DNA of 64,000 nucleotides, from the NCBI GenBank assembly GCA_042216675.1, contig JBDGTS010000020.1, positions 32,001 through 96,000 on the forward strand. Reading direction: 5' to 3'. Each line of letters opens with the position of its first letter. The stretch's first letter is position 1. The notes below the pieces were generated by a model. It saw only the letters and a program-made list of their open reading frames with translations. It ran no database searches and was not told where the DNA came from. Position numbers and translations under genes: made by a program. The stretch is from Halobacteriaceae archaeon. Lineage in GTDB: Archaea; Halobacteriota; Halobacteria; Halobacteriales; Halobacteriaceae. This document shows positions 1 through 9,382 of this stretch, one piece after another.

Positions 1-327
1 CGCGCCGGGACAGATGCCCGAGAGCCCCCATCCGACGCCGAACGTCACGCCGCCGACGACGACGTTCGCGTCGAGGTCCTTCACGCGCCGGCGGTACGGC
101 CGGCCGGTCAGCGGGGCCGTGCGGTCCCAGCGCGTGGCGACGGCGAACGCGACGCCGGCGACGAGGGCCGCGCCGCCCATCACGAACGCGAGGCCGAGGT
201 CGTCGAACTGGAGGAAGTTCAGAACGACTTCGGGGTGCGTCATCCGCGAGACGGCGAGGCCGAAGCCGAAGACGAGGCCGCCGAGCAGAATCACCGGCAT
301 GAACAGCGGGTGGCGGTCGTCGGCCAT
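1..327 (-). CDS. YeeE/YedE-family membrane protein, second subunit (runs off the window edge)
   Basis: Manual translation from ATG at 327: MADDRHPLFMPVILLGGLVFGFGLAVSRMTHPEVVLNFLQF...GVGWGLSGICPG. TGATG overlap with the upstream gene. Confidence 0.8.
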   Translation of the reverse strand, partial: MADDRHPLFMPVILLGGLVFGFGLAVSRMTHPEVVLNFLQFDDLGLAFVMGGAALVAGVAFAVATRWDRTAPLTGRPYRRRVKDLDANVVVGGVTFGVGWGLSGICPGA

Positions 328-797
328 CAGGGCACCACCCCCAGCGCTCCGACGACGTGCGCCGTCCCGATGGCCACCGCGAGGAACGTGGCGACGTTCA
401 CCAGCGACGCGTCCGCGAGCGACCCGACGCCACAGATGCCGTGCCCGGAGGTACAGCCCTTCCCGACGCGCGTGCCGACGCCGACGAGGACCCCGCCGCC
501 GAACAGGCGCCACGGCTGGACGTCGGTGACCCAGAGGCCGTCCTGAAACAGGACGGCGTAGACGGCGGCGCCGCCGACGATGCCGAGCGTGAAGACGACG
601 CGCCAGTCGCGGGACTCGCGGTAGGGCAGGCGGTTGAAGCGCGCGGCGTCGGAGACGTAGGACAGCGTGGATTCGAGGAACGTGCTGGCGCCTGCGGCGA
701 TGCCGGTCCCGAGGTAGATGACGACGGTGCCGAGACCGATGAGCAGGCCGCCGACGGCGTAGGAGAGCACGCCGTGTGGGAACAGGTCGGCTATCAT
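327..797 (-). CDS. YeeE/YedE-family sulfur-compound transporter
   Basis: Hydrophobic ORF with GKGCTSGHGICG motif. ATG at 797 (MIADLFPHG) is the likely start. Confidence 0.85.
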   Translation of the reverse strand: MIADLFPHGVLSYAVGGLLIGLGTVVIYLGTGIAAGASTFLESTLSYVSDAARFNRLPYRESRDWRVVFTLGIVGGAAVYAVLFQDGLWVTDVQPWRLFGGGVLVGVGTRVGKGCTSGHGICGVGSLADASLVNVATFLAVAIGTAHVVGALGVVP

Positions 798-902
798 CAG
801 TGTATTCAGGGGCCACAGCGCCAAAAATCGTGGCCTCCCGGCGGCGCGGACCCGTATTCGGGACGGGAACGCCTATTATGCACCGGGTCCGCGTCTCCGG
901 CG

Positions 903-1955
903 ATGCAGCACGATGGACTACAGTTCCACAACGTCGCCGAGATGCGTACCGTCCCCGACAGGGACGGCGAACTCCTCCAACGCGTCCCCGAGGACGTGCG
1001 CGAGGGCCTCAACGAGGGCGCACGGGACCGGATGTGTCACCCCTCCGGCGTCGAGATTCGCTTCGTCCCCGAGGGCACCGTCGAGGTGACGCTCTCGACG
1101 CGCCCGCAACGCGGCGTGACCCACGGCACCGTCGAGGTGTTCTGGGGACCGTTTCAGGGCCGGCGCGGCCTCGACGACATGGAGACGTTCGAGGTGGGAC
1201 CTGAGCCGACGACCATCGAAGTCGAGTTCCCGGACCGCCTCGGCGACATCCGCGACGAACACGTCGCGGACTTGCCCTTCGACCCGCGCGTCTGTCGCCT
1301 CCGGCTACCGGGCGAACACCGCGGCGGGCACGTGTTCTACCACGGCGCGGACGGCGACTACCGAACGCCCGGGGCCGACGAACTCCCCGACCGGCGCTAT
1401 CTCGCCTACGGCACGTCCATCACCGAGGGCGAGTCCCCGTCGGCCGAACACCTGAACTACGCCACCCAGACGGCGACGCGGCTGGACGCGGACCTGTTCA
1501 ATCTCGGCTCCTGTGGCACCGCCTACGCCGACGCGGCGATGGCCGACCACATCGCCGAACGGGACGACTGGGACGTGGCGACGCTGGCACTCTCGGTGAA
1601 CATGGTCGGCACGTTCTCGGTCGCGGAGTTTCGAGAGCGCGCCGAGTACATGGTGAACACCGTCGCCGGCGAGAACCCCGAGAAGCCAGTCGCGGCCGTC
1701 ACCATCTACACCAACGCCCGCGACGTGTGCGAGGGCGTCGACGAGGACGACGAGTGCGAGGCGTTCCGGGCGGCCCTCCGCGACGTGGTGGCGGAGTCGC
1801 CCCACGACAACCTCCACCTCGTGGAGGGGCGAGAAGTGCTGGACACCCTCGTCGGGCTGACGCCGGACCTCGTGCATCCCGGCGACGACGCGATGATTCG
1901 GATGGGCGAGAACCTCGCGGGCGAACTCGACGCCCTGCTGGAGGGCGAGCGATGA
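903..1955 (+). CDS. SGNH/GDSL-like hydrolase, tandem copy 1
   Basis: Blocks YGTSITEG, NLGSCG, SVNM and DLVHP. ATG at 903. Confidence 0.85.
   Translation: MQHDGLQFHNVAEMRTVPDRDGELLQRVPEDVREGLNEGARDRMCHPSGVEIRFVPEGTVEVTLSTRPQRGVTHGTVEVFWGPFQGRRGLDDMETFEVGPEPTTIEVEFPDRLGDIRDEHVADLPFDPRVCRLRLPGEHRGGHVFYHGADGDYRTPGADELPDRRYLAYGTSITEGESPSAEHLNYATQTATRLDADLFNLGSCGTAYADAAMADHIAERDDWDVATLALSVNMVGTFSVAEFRERAEYMVNTVAGENPEKPVAAVTIYTNARDVCEGVDEDDECEAFRAALRDVVAESPHDNLHLVEGREVLDTLVGLTPDLVHPGDDAMIRMGENLAGELDALLEGER
1052..1097 (+). repeat. 46-bp exact repeat shared by SGNH copies 1 and 2 (second copy 2101-2146)
   Basis: cgagattcgcttcgtccccgagggcaccgtcgaggtgacgctctcg is read at both positions. Confidence 0.9.
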
Positions 1956-2971
1956 TTCACGACGGCCTCTCCTTTCACAACGTCACGGACCTCCGGGCCG
2001 TCGAGGACCGCGCGGGCCTCGTGATTCAACGGGTGCCCGAACGGACCCGCGTCGAACTCAACGAGGGCGCGCAGGACAACTACCGGCGGCCCGCCGGCTC
2101 CGAGATTCGCTTCGTCCCCGAGGGCACCGTCGAGGTGACGCTCTCGGCGCCCGAACACGCCACCGAGGTGCGCCCCTTCTGGGGGCCGTTTCAGGCCCGC
2201 GAGCAGTTCGAAATCGGGGAGGAGCCGACGACCATCGAACTGGAGTTTCCGGAGCGACTGGCCGACGTGCGCGAGGACGTGGCCGACGACTACGCCCATC
2301 ACCCCCGCGTCTGTCGCCTCGTCCTGCCCCACCGCTCGAAGCCGGTGTTCTACCACGGCGTCGCGGGTGACACCCGCCCGCCCCGCGAGGCGGAACTGCC
2401 CGACCAGACGCTGTTGGCCTACGGCACGTCCATCACGCGGGGCATCGCGGCGACGGCGCCGCACCTCACCTACGTCGCGCAGACGGCGCGTCGCCTCGGG
2501 ACCGACGCGCTGAACCTCGGGACCGCCGGCTCGGCGTTCTGCGAACCCGAAATCGCGGACCACATGGCCGCCCGCGACGACTGGGACGCGGCGACGCTGG
2601 CACTCTCGGTGAACATGGTCGCCGGCTTCGACGTGCCCGAGTTCCGCGAGCGAGTGCGGTACGTCGTGGAGACGGTGGCCGGCGAGAACCCCGAGCGACC
2701 GGTGGTCGCCATCACCCTGTTCCCGTACTTTCCGGACCTCTGTACGGGCGACCACGAGGACCACGCGAACTACGGCGCCTACCGCGATGCGCTTCGGGAG
2801 GCCGTCGCCGAGGCTGACTGCGACAATCTCCACCTCGTCGAAGGCCCGGACCTGATGCCCGGCGGCCGGGGGCTGACGACCGACCTCGTCCATCCCGGCG
2901 ACGACGCGATGATAGACGTGGGCGTGGCGCTCGCGGACGAACTCGCCCCCCTGCTGGAGGGCGGGCGATGA
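1952..2971 (+). CDS. SGNH/GDSL-like hydrolase, tandem copy 2
   Basis: YGTSITRG, NLGTAG, SVNM, DLVHP. ATGA overlap with copy 1. Confidence 0.85.
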   Translation: MIHDGLSFHNVTDLRAVEDRAGLVIQRVPERTRVELNEGAQDNYRRPAGSEIRFVPEGTVEVTLSAPEHATEVRPFWGPFQAREQFEIGEEPTTIELEFPERLADVREDVADDYAHHPRVCRLVLPHRSKPVFYHGVAGDTRPPREAELPDQTLLAYGTSITRGIAATAPHLTYVAQTARRLGTDALNLGTAGSAFCEPEIADHMAARDDWDAATLALSVNMVAGFDVPEFRERVRYVVETVAGENPERPVVAITLFPYFPDLCTGDHEDHANYGAYRDALREAVAEADCDNLHLVEGPDLMPGGRGLTTDLVHPGDDAMIDVGVALADELAPLLEGGR

Positions 2972-3984
2972 ACGTCGACGGCGCCGAGGTTCACAACGCC
3001 CGCGGCGCGACGCGGACGCCGACGGGCCTGCAGTTGGACCGCCTGCCCGAGACCGTGCGGACGCCCCTGAACGACAAGGCCGAGGACAACTACCAGCGGC
3101 CCACCGGCGTCGAAATCCGCTTCGTCGCGGACGGCCCCGTCGAAATCACGCTCTCCTGTCTCGACGGCGAGAGCACGGTGGCGCCGTACTGGGGCCCCTT
3201 CGAGTGTGACTTCGCGGCCGAAATCACGGTCGGCGAGGAGCCAGAGACCATCGAGATGGAGTTCCCCGAGCACCTCGCCGACGTGGGCGACGACGCTCTG
3301 CCGGAGGGGTACTTCGCGCCACGCGTGGGTCGTCTCGTCCTCCGCGGGCGCCCGACGGTCCTACACGGCGTCGAGGGCGACACCCGCCCGCCGCGTGACG
3401 CCGAACTGCCCGACCGGACGCTGCTCGCCTACGGCACCTCCATCACGCAGGGCGGCATCGCCAGCCGATTCCCGCTGGCCTACGCGAGTCGCGCGGCGCG
3501 GGGGGTGCGTGCCGAACACGTCAACCTCGGCACCGGCGGCTCCGCGTTCTGCGAACCCGAAATCGCCGACCACATCGCGGCGCGCGACGACTGGGACGCC
3601 GCCGTCCTCTCCGTCTCGGTGAACATGATTGCGGTGGGCTTCACCGCCGAGGAGTTTCGGGAGCGGGCGGCCTACCTCGTGGACACGGTGGCCGCCGAGA
3701 ACCCCGAGAAGCCGGTGGTCGCCATCACGCTGTTCCCGCAGTTGAGCGACGTGTGCCCGGACCGAGAGCGCGGCGACGACTGGACAGCCACGGCCGACGA
3801 GTATCGCGAAGTGCTTCGCGACGTCGTCGAGGAGGCTGGCCACGACAACCTCCATCTGCTGGAGGGGCCGGACCTGCTCACGGACCCCACGGGGCTCTCG
3901 ACGGACCTGCTCCACCCCGCCGACCCCGGAATGATCGAAATCGGCGCGAACCTCGGGCGCGAACTCGACGGCGTGATGCGATGA
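2968..3984 (+). CDS. SGNH/GDSL-like hydrolase, tandem copy 3
   Basis: YGTSITQG, NLGTGG, SVNM, DLLHP. ATGA overlap with copy 2. Confidence 0.85.
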   Translation: MNVDGAEVHNARGATRTPTGLQLDRLPETVRTPLNDKAEDNYQRPTGVEIRFVADGPVEITLSCLDGESTVAPYWGPFECDFAAEITVGEEPETIEMEFPEHLADVGDDALPEGYFAPRVGRLVLRGRPTVLHGVEGDTRPPRDAELPDRTLLAYGTSITQGGIASRFPLAYASRAARGVRAEHVNLGTGGSAFCEPEIADHIAARDDWDAAVLSVSVNMIAVGFTAEEFRERAAYLVDTVAAENPEKPVVAITLFPQLSDVCPDRERGDDWTATADEYREVLRDVVEEAGHDNLHLLEGPDLLTDPTGLSTDLLHPADPGMIEIGANLGRELDGVMR

Positions 3985-4976
3985 TTCGCCACGGCGTCGA
4001 ACTCCACAACGTCGCGGAGACGACGGCCGTCGGCGACGGCGAGCGACTGGAGCGAGTGCCCGCCGACGTGCGCGCCGACCTGAACGAGGGCGCACGGGAC
4101 AACTACGTCCGGCCGGACGGCGTCGAGATTCGCTTCGTCGCCGATGGCCCCGTGGAAGTCACGCTCTCCTGCCCGGCGGGCGAGTGCGAGGTGACGCCGT
4201 TCTGGGGCGCGTTCCGCGAGCGAACGACGGAGTACGTCACCGTGGGGGCGGAGCCGACGACCATCGAAATGGAATTCCCGAACCGGCTCGCCGGCCTCGA
4301 CCCCGACGCCGTCGACGGGTCGTACCACGACCCCGCGGTCGGTCGGCTGGTGCTGTTCGGCGACCCGACGCTCCTGCACGGCGTCGAGGGCGACACGCGC
4401 CCGCCGCGCGACGAGGAACTGCCCGACCGGACGCTGTTGGCCTACGGCACGTCCATCACGCAGGGCGCGTTCGCCAGCCGTCAGCACCTCGCGTTCCCGA
4501 GTCGGACCGCCCAACACCTCGACGCCGACCTCCGCAATCTGGGGACCGGCGGTTCCGCGTTCTGCGAACCGGAAATCGCGGACCACGTCGCCGCCCGCGA
4601 CGACTGGGACGCGGCGGCAATCGAGGTGTCGGTGAACATGCTCACCCGGGACTTCACCGCGGCGGAGTTTCGGGAGCGCGCGACGTATCTCCTCGACGCC
4701 GTGGCCGGCGAGAACCCCGGCAAGCCGGTGGCGGCGCTCACCCTGTTCCCGATGTACGCCGACCTGACCGGCGAACAGCAGGACTGGCCGGCGACGCCCG
4801 GCGACTACCGCGCGGCCCTCCGGGACGCCGCCGACGCGGCCGGCCACGACAACCTCCGGGTCGTGGAGGGGACGACCCTGCTCGACGACCCCCGAGGGCT
4901 GACATCGGACCTCCTCCACCCGAACGACCGGGGGATGGCCCACATCGCCGACGGCCTCGCCGACGCGCTCGATTAA
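3981..4976 (+). CDS. SGNH/GDSL-like hydrolase, tandem copy 4
   Basis: YGTSITQG, NLGTGG, SVNM, DLLHP. ATGA overlap with copy 3. Confidence 0.85.
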   Translation: MIRHGVELHNVAETTAVGDGERLERVPADVRADLNEGARDNYVRPDGVEIRFVADGPVEVTLSCPAGECEVTPFWGAFRERTTEYVTVGAEPTTIEMEFPNRLAGLDPDAVDGSYHDPAVGRLVLFGDPTLLHGVEGDTRPPRDEELPDRTLLAYGTSITQGAFASRQHLAFPSRTAQHLDADLRNLGTGGSAFCEPEIADHVAARDDWDAAAIEVSVNMLTRDFTAAEFRERATYLLDAVAGENPGKPVAALTLFPMYADLTGEQQDWPATPGDYRAALRDAADAAGHDNLRVVEGTTLLDDPRGLTSDLLHPNDRGMAHIADGLADALD

Positions 4977-5159
4977 TACGCCCTTATATTCGACTAAGGG
5001 AGTCGAACGGGACGCGCGCCCGCTTCGGACGACCGATTCTTCCGATTTGTCAACGTTTATCCCTTTAAAGAAGTAGTTCGTGGCGTGTATTGAGATGAAA
5101 GTGGCCGTTCGGAACACGAGTTCCGGTATTGCGGTACAAACGTCTACTGAGTGGTCAGC

Positions 5160-6920
5160 ATGGTGAACAAAAAGGAAGAGCAGAAGGCGGAACTGTACGG
5201 CGACGAGGTGCGGGAGAAACTCGTCGAGTTCGCGGAGCGGGGGTGGGAGTCCATCCCCGACGGCGAGAAGGAGGAGTGGTTCACCCGGTTCAAGTTCTGG
5301 GGAGTCTTCCACCACCGCTCCGGGCAGGAGAGCTACTTCATGATGCGGTTGGCCAACGTCAACGGCCAACTGAACGCCGAGCAACTGTGCGCCATCGGCG
5401 AGGTGGCACGCGACTACGCCACCGGCCCCGTGGAGAACCCCGAGTTCGGCAACGGCTGGATCGACCTCACGACGCGCCAGTCGATTCAGCTCCACTGGCT
5501 CAAACTCGAACACGTGCCCGAAATCTGGGACACACTCGAACCGCTGGGCGTGACGAGTCGCTCCGCGGGGGGCGACACGATGCGCAACATCACCGGCTGT
5601 CCCGTCGCGGGCCGCGACAAACACGAGTTCGTCAACTCCCAGCCGGTTCTGGACCACATCCAGACCGAACTGCGCGACGACGACGCCTTCGCCAACATGC
5701 CCCGGAAGTACAACATCAGCGTCACCGGGTGTAGACAGGGCTGTGCGCAGGACTCCATCAACGGCATCGGCCTCGAACCCGCCGAGAAGACCATCGACGG
5801 CGAGACGGTCCGGGGCTTCAACGTCCGCGTCGGCGGCGGTCTGGGCGGTCGCGAAGCGCGCGAGGCCCGCCCGCTCGACGTGTTCGTCCGGCCGGAACGC
5901 GGCTACGACGTGGTGAAGGCCTTCACCCAGCTGTACCACGACGAGGGCAACCGCGAGAACCGCCAGAAGAACCGCACCCGGTTCTTCGTCGACGAGTGGG
6001 GCACCGACCTCATCCGCGAGAAACTACAGGACGACTACGTCGACTTCGAGTTGAAGCGCGCGGGCGACGACCTACGCGAGGAGTACACGTACAACTCCGG
6101 CGGCCCGAACGAGACGGACCACGTCGGGGTCCACGAGCAACACGACGGCCGCAACTACGTCGGCCTGAGCGTCCCCATCGGCCGACTCCCCGCCGAGGAC
6201 GCCATCGCCATCGCGGACCTCGCCGAGGAGTACGGCTCCGGCGAGATTCGGCTCACCCGGCGCCAGAACCCCATCATCCTCGACGTGCCCGACGATGAAC
6301 TCGACGCCCTGCTCGACGCGCCGGTGCTGGAGACGCACACGCCCGAACCCAACCCCTTCGAGCGCGGGACCATGGCCTGCACGGGCACGGAGTTCTGCTC
6401 CATCGCCCTCGCGGAGACGAAGACCCGGACCGCGCGGATGCTCCGCTGGCTCCGGGACAACGCCGACGTGCCCGACGACGTGGACAAGATCAAGATTCAC
6501 TTCTCGGGCTGTACCGCCGACTGCGGGCAGGCGATGACCGCCGACATCGGCCTGCAGGGGATGCGAGCCCGCAAGGACGGCCAGATGGTCGAAGCCCTCG
6601 ACATCGGCGTCGGCGGCGGCGTCGGCGAGGACCCCTCGTTCGTGGACTTCATCCAGCAACGGGTGCCCGCCGACGAGGTGCCCGGCGCCATCAGGAATCT
6701 CCTCGACGCCTTCGGCGAGGAGCGACGCGCGGGCGAGACGTTCCGCGAGTGGACCGAGCGCACGGACACCGAGGCGCTGGCCGAGTTCGCCACGCCCGAG
6801 GAGACGACGTACGAGGACCCGTGTCTCGGCGACGCGAAGCAGTCGTGGTACCCATTCGCCGACGGCGAGAGCCCCGCGCCGACGACTGTCGACGGCACCC
6901 CGATCCCGAGCGACGACTGA
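5160..6920 (+). CDS. nirA: Ferredoxin-dependent assimilatory nitrite reductase (NirA/NasD; siroheme, 4Fe-4S)
   Basis: TTRQSIQLHW, MPRKYNISVTGC, ACTGTEFC and SGCTADC siroheme/Fe-S motifs. Clustered with nitrate reductase. Confidence 0.9.
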   Translation: MVNKKEEQKAELYGDEVREKLVEFAERGWESIPDGEKEEWFTRFKFWGVFHHRSGQESYFMMRLANVNGQLNAEQLCAIGEVARDYATGPVENPEFGNGWIDLTTRQSIQLHWLKLEHVPEIWDTLEPLGVTSRSAGGDTMRNITGCPVAGRDKHEFVNSQPVLDHIQTELRDDDAFANMPRKYNISVTGCRQGCAQDSINGIGLEPAEKTIDGETVRGFNVRVGGGLGGREAREARPLDVFVRPERGYDVVKAFTQLYHDEGNRENRQKNRTRFFVDEWGTDLIREKLQDDYVDFELKRAGDDLREEYTYNSGGPNETDHVGVHEQHDGRNYVGLSVPIGRLPAEDAIAIADLAEEYGSGEIRLTRRQNPIILDVPDDELDALLDAPVLETHTPEPNPFERGTMACTGTEFCSIALAETKTRTARMLRWLRDNADVPDDVDKIKIHFSGCTADCGQAMTADIGLQGMRARKDGQMVEALDIGVGGGVGEDPSFVDFIQQRVPADEVPGAIRNLLDAFGEERRAGETFREWTERTDTEALAEFATPEETTYEDPCLGDAKQSWYPFADGESPAPTTVDGTPIPSDD

Positions 6921-7192
6921 TGGGTGCGAACCGCCGGATCCTCGACGCGATGGCGCACACGACGTTCGCGCACGTCGACGCGACCGCGGTGGGCCACGAC
7001 TGGACCGACGAGTCCGCCGCGGTCCTCGACGTGGCCGGGACGGACGACGGCGCAGGCGTCACCCTCGAACTCGAACTCGACGGGCGCTCGCTGGACCGCG
7101 TGGCCCACCACGCCGACCGCGTCTCGCTGACGAACGACCAAGCACGCACGCTCGCGGCGGCGCTCGAATCCGCCGCCGACGACGGCGACTGA
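6920..7192 (+). CDS. Small haloarchaeal protein, DUF6360-like, coupled to nitrite reductase
   Basis: TGATG overlap with nirA. MGANRRILDAMAHTTF...GHDWTDESAAVLDV resembles small proteins found beside haloarchaeal nitrite/sulfite reductases (recalled, not searched). Confidence 0.65.
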   Translation: MGANRRILDAMAHTTFAHVDATAVGHDWTDESAAVLDVAGTDDGAGVTLELELDGRSLDRVAHHADRVSLTNDQARTLAAALESAADDGD

Positions 7193-7318
7193 CACTTCAG
7201 GACGATGACCGACGACACCGACCCCGACGACGAGTACAGCGCCGAAACCGACCCCCTGCCGCCTGCCGACCCACCAGCGACGCATGACCACCGGCACCGC
7301 TGAACGGGGTGGGCGCGC

Positions 7319-9382
7319 GTGAGCAACTGGGTGCCGACCACCTGTATGCGGTGTGCCGTCGGCTGCGGCCACCGGCAACGCGGCGTCGACGTGGGCTACG
7401 GCCTCGACTCGGTGAGCGGCGACCCCGCGCATCCGGTCAATCAGGGCCTCGCCTGCGGCCGCGGCGTCAGCGAGACGGCCGACCCGGAGGGGGAGTTCCT
7501 CACGCGGCCGCTGGTCCGCCGCGGCGACGAACTCGTCTCGACGACGTGGGACCTCGCGTTCGCCCGCGTCGTCGAGGCGTTCCGGGACGCCCTCGAACCG
7601 ACGGGCGACGGCGTCGCGGTCCTCGGGAGCGGCCAGCAGACCAACGAGGCGGCGTACGCGCTGGGCAAACTCGCGCGCGGCGGCTTCGGGACGCGCTACT
7701 ACGACGCCAACACGACGCTCTGCATGGCGAGCGCCGTCACCGCCTACTACGACGCCTTCGGGAGCGACGCGCCGCCGCCCACGTACGAGGACATCCCGGA
7801 CGCAAAGCGACACGTCGTCTGGGGCGCGAACCCCGCCGTCGCACACCCGGTCATGTTCCGGTGGATAGCCGACAGCGCCGGCGACGACGACAGCGAGATG
7901 GTCGTCGTGGACCCCGTGCGCACCGAGACGGCGGAAGTCGCCGCACACCACGTCCAACCGGCCCCCGGCGGCGACCTCGATCTGGCGCGGGCGGTCCTCG
8001 CCCGAGTCGTCGAGACGGACCGCGTGGACGAGTCGTTCGTCGCGGCCAACACCACCGGTTTCGACGCCCTCGTCGCCGACTTGCCCAACGCCCGGGTCGC
8101 CGCCGACGCCGCGGGCGTCTCGATGGCGGACGTGGATGTGATCGCGGACGCACTCGATCACCCGACGCTCATCTACTGGGGGATGGGCGTCAACCAGAGC
8201 ACGCAGGGCACCGACACCGCGGGCGCGCTCGTCGACTGCTGTCTCGCGACGGGGAACATGGGGCCCGGCACCGGGCCGTTCTCGCTGACGGGACAGGCGA
8301 ACTCGATGGGGACCCGGGTCTGCTCCTCGAAGGGGTCGTGGCCCGGCCACCGCGACTTCGGCGACCCCGAGGAGCGGAAGACGGTGGCGGCGGCGTGGGA
8401 CGTGCCGGTCGAGCGACTGCCCGACGACCCCGGCCCGGGACCGGTCGGCATCCTCGACGCCATCGAGGACGGCCCCGTCGAGGCCGTCTACGCCGTGGCG
8501 ACGAACCCCGTCGCCGGCATGCCGGACGCGACGGCCGCGGCCGAGCGACTAGACGACGCGTTCCTCGTCCTGCAGGACGCCTTCCGCACGGAGACCGTCG
8601 AGAGGGCGGACGTGGTGTTCCCGGCCGCGACGTGGGGCGAGTCCGAGGGCACGACGATGAACATGGAGCGCACCGTCTCGCGAGTCCGCGCGGCCACGGA
8701 CACCCCCAGCGGCGTCCGGACGGACCTCGACCTCATCACGACGCTGGGCGACCGCCTCGCCGACGACCTGTTCGACGGCGTCACGGCGCCAGCCGCGGTG
8801 TTCGACGAGTTCGCCGCGCTCACCGCGGGGACGGTGGCCGACTGCTCGGGCATCAGCCACGCCCGCCTCGACGAGGAACACGCCGTCCGCTGGCCCGCGC
8901 CGGACGCCGACGCGAACGCCGGCTACCGCTACCACGACGACGGCGACTGGTCGTTCCCGACGCCCTCCGGGCGCGCCCGCTTCGCCGGCGGCACCGGCAA
9001 CGGTCTGCCGGAACCCCCGGACGGGGAGTACCCGCTGACGCTCACGACGGGGCGCGAGGCCGGCGGCTACAACACCGGCGTTCGGTCGCGCGGCCCGCCC
9101 GAGGACCCCCCGACGCTCGTCGCGCGGGTTCACCCCGAAACGCTCGACGCGCACCAGAGCACCCTCACCGCCGCCGAGGACGCCGTGTTCGGCCGCGTCG
9201 AGTCCCGCCGGGGCAGTGCCGGCGCCGAGTTCGAGGCCGACGCCGCCGTCCCCGAGGGCGTCGTCTGGCTCCCCATCCACCACCCGGCCACGAACGACCT
9301 GACGATTCCGGCGACGGACCCCCGCTCCGACGAACCGAACTTCAAGCAGTGCGCCGTCCGCATCGCGCCCGTCGATGCGTGA
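7319..9382 (+). CDS. nasA: Assimilatory nitrate reductase (Mo-bisPGD, 4Fe-4S)
   Basis: N-terminal CMRCAVGC...C Fe-S motif, NTTLCMASA, GMGVNQS, LTGQANSMG, DPRSDEPNFKQCAV. Confidence 0.93.
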   Translation: MSNWVPTTCMRCAVGCGHRQRGVDVGYGLDSVSGDPAHPVNQGLACGRGVSETADPEGEFLTRPLVRRGDELVSTTWDLAFARVVEAFRDALEPTGDGVAVLGSGQQTNEAAYALGKLARGGFGTRYYDANTTLCMASAVTAYYDAFGSDAPPPTYEDIPDAKRHVVWGANPAVAHPVMFRWIADSAGDDDSEMVVVDPVRTETAEVAAHHVQPAPGGDLDLARAVLARVVETDRVDESFVAANTTGFDALVADLPNARVAADAAGVSMADVDVIADALDHPTLIYWGMGVNQSTQGTDTAGALVDCCLATGNMGPGTGPFSLTGQANSMGTRVCSSKGSWPGHRDFGDPEERKTVAAAWDVPVERLPDDPGPGPVGILDAIEDGPVEAVYAVATNPVAGMPDATAAAERLDDAFLVLQDAFRTETVERADVVFPAATWGESEGTTMNMERTVSRVRAATDTPSGVRTDLDLITTLGDRLADDLFDGVTAPAAVFDEFAALTAGTVADCSGISHARLDEEHAVRWPAPDADANAGYRYHDDGDWSFPTPSGRARFAGGTGNGLPEPPDGEYPLTLTTGREAGGYNTGVRSRGPPEDPPTLVARVHPETLDAHQSTLTAAEDAVFGRVESRRGSAGAEFEADAAVPEGVVWLPIHHPATNDLTIPATDPRSDEPNFKQCAVRIAPVDA

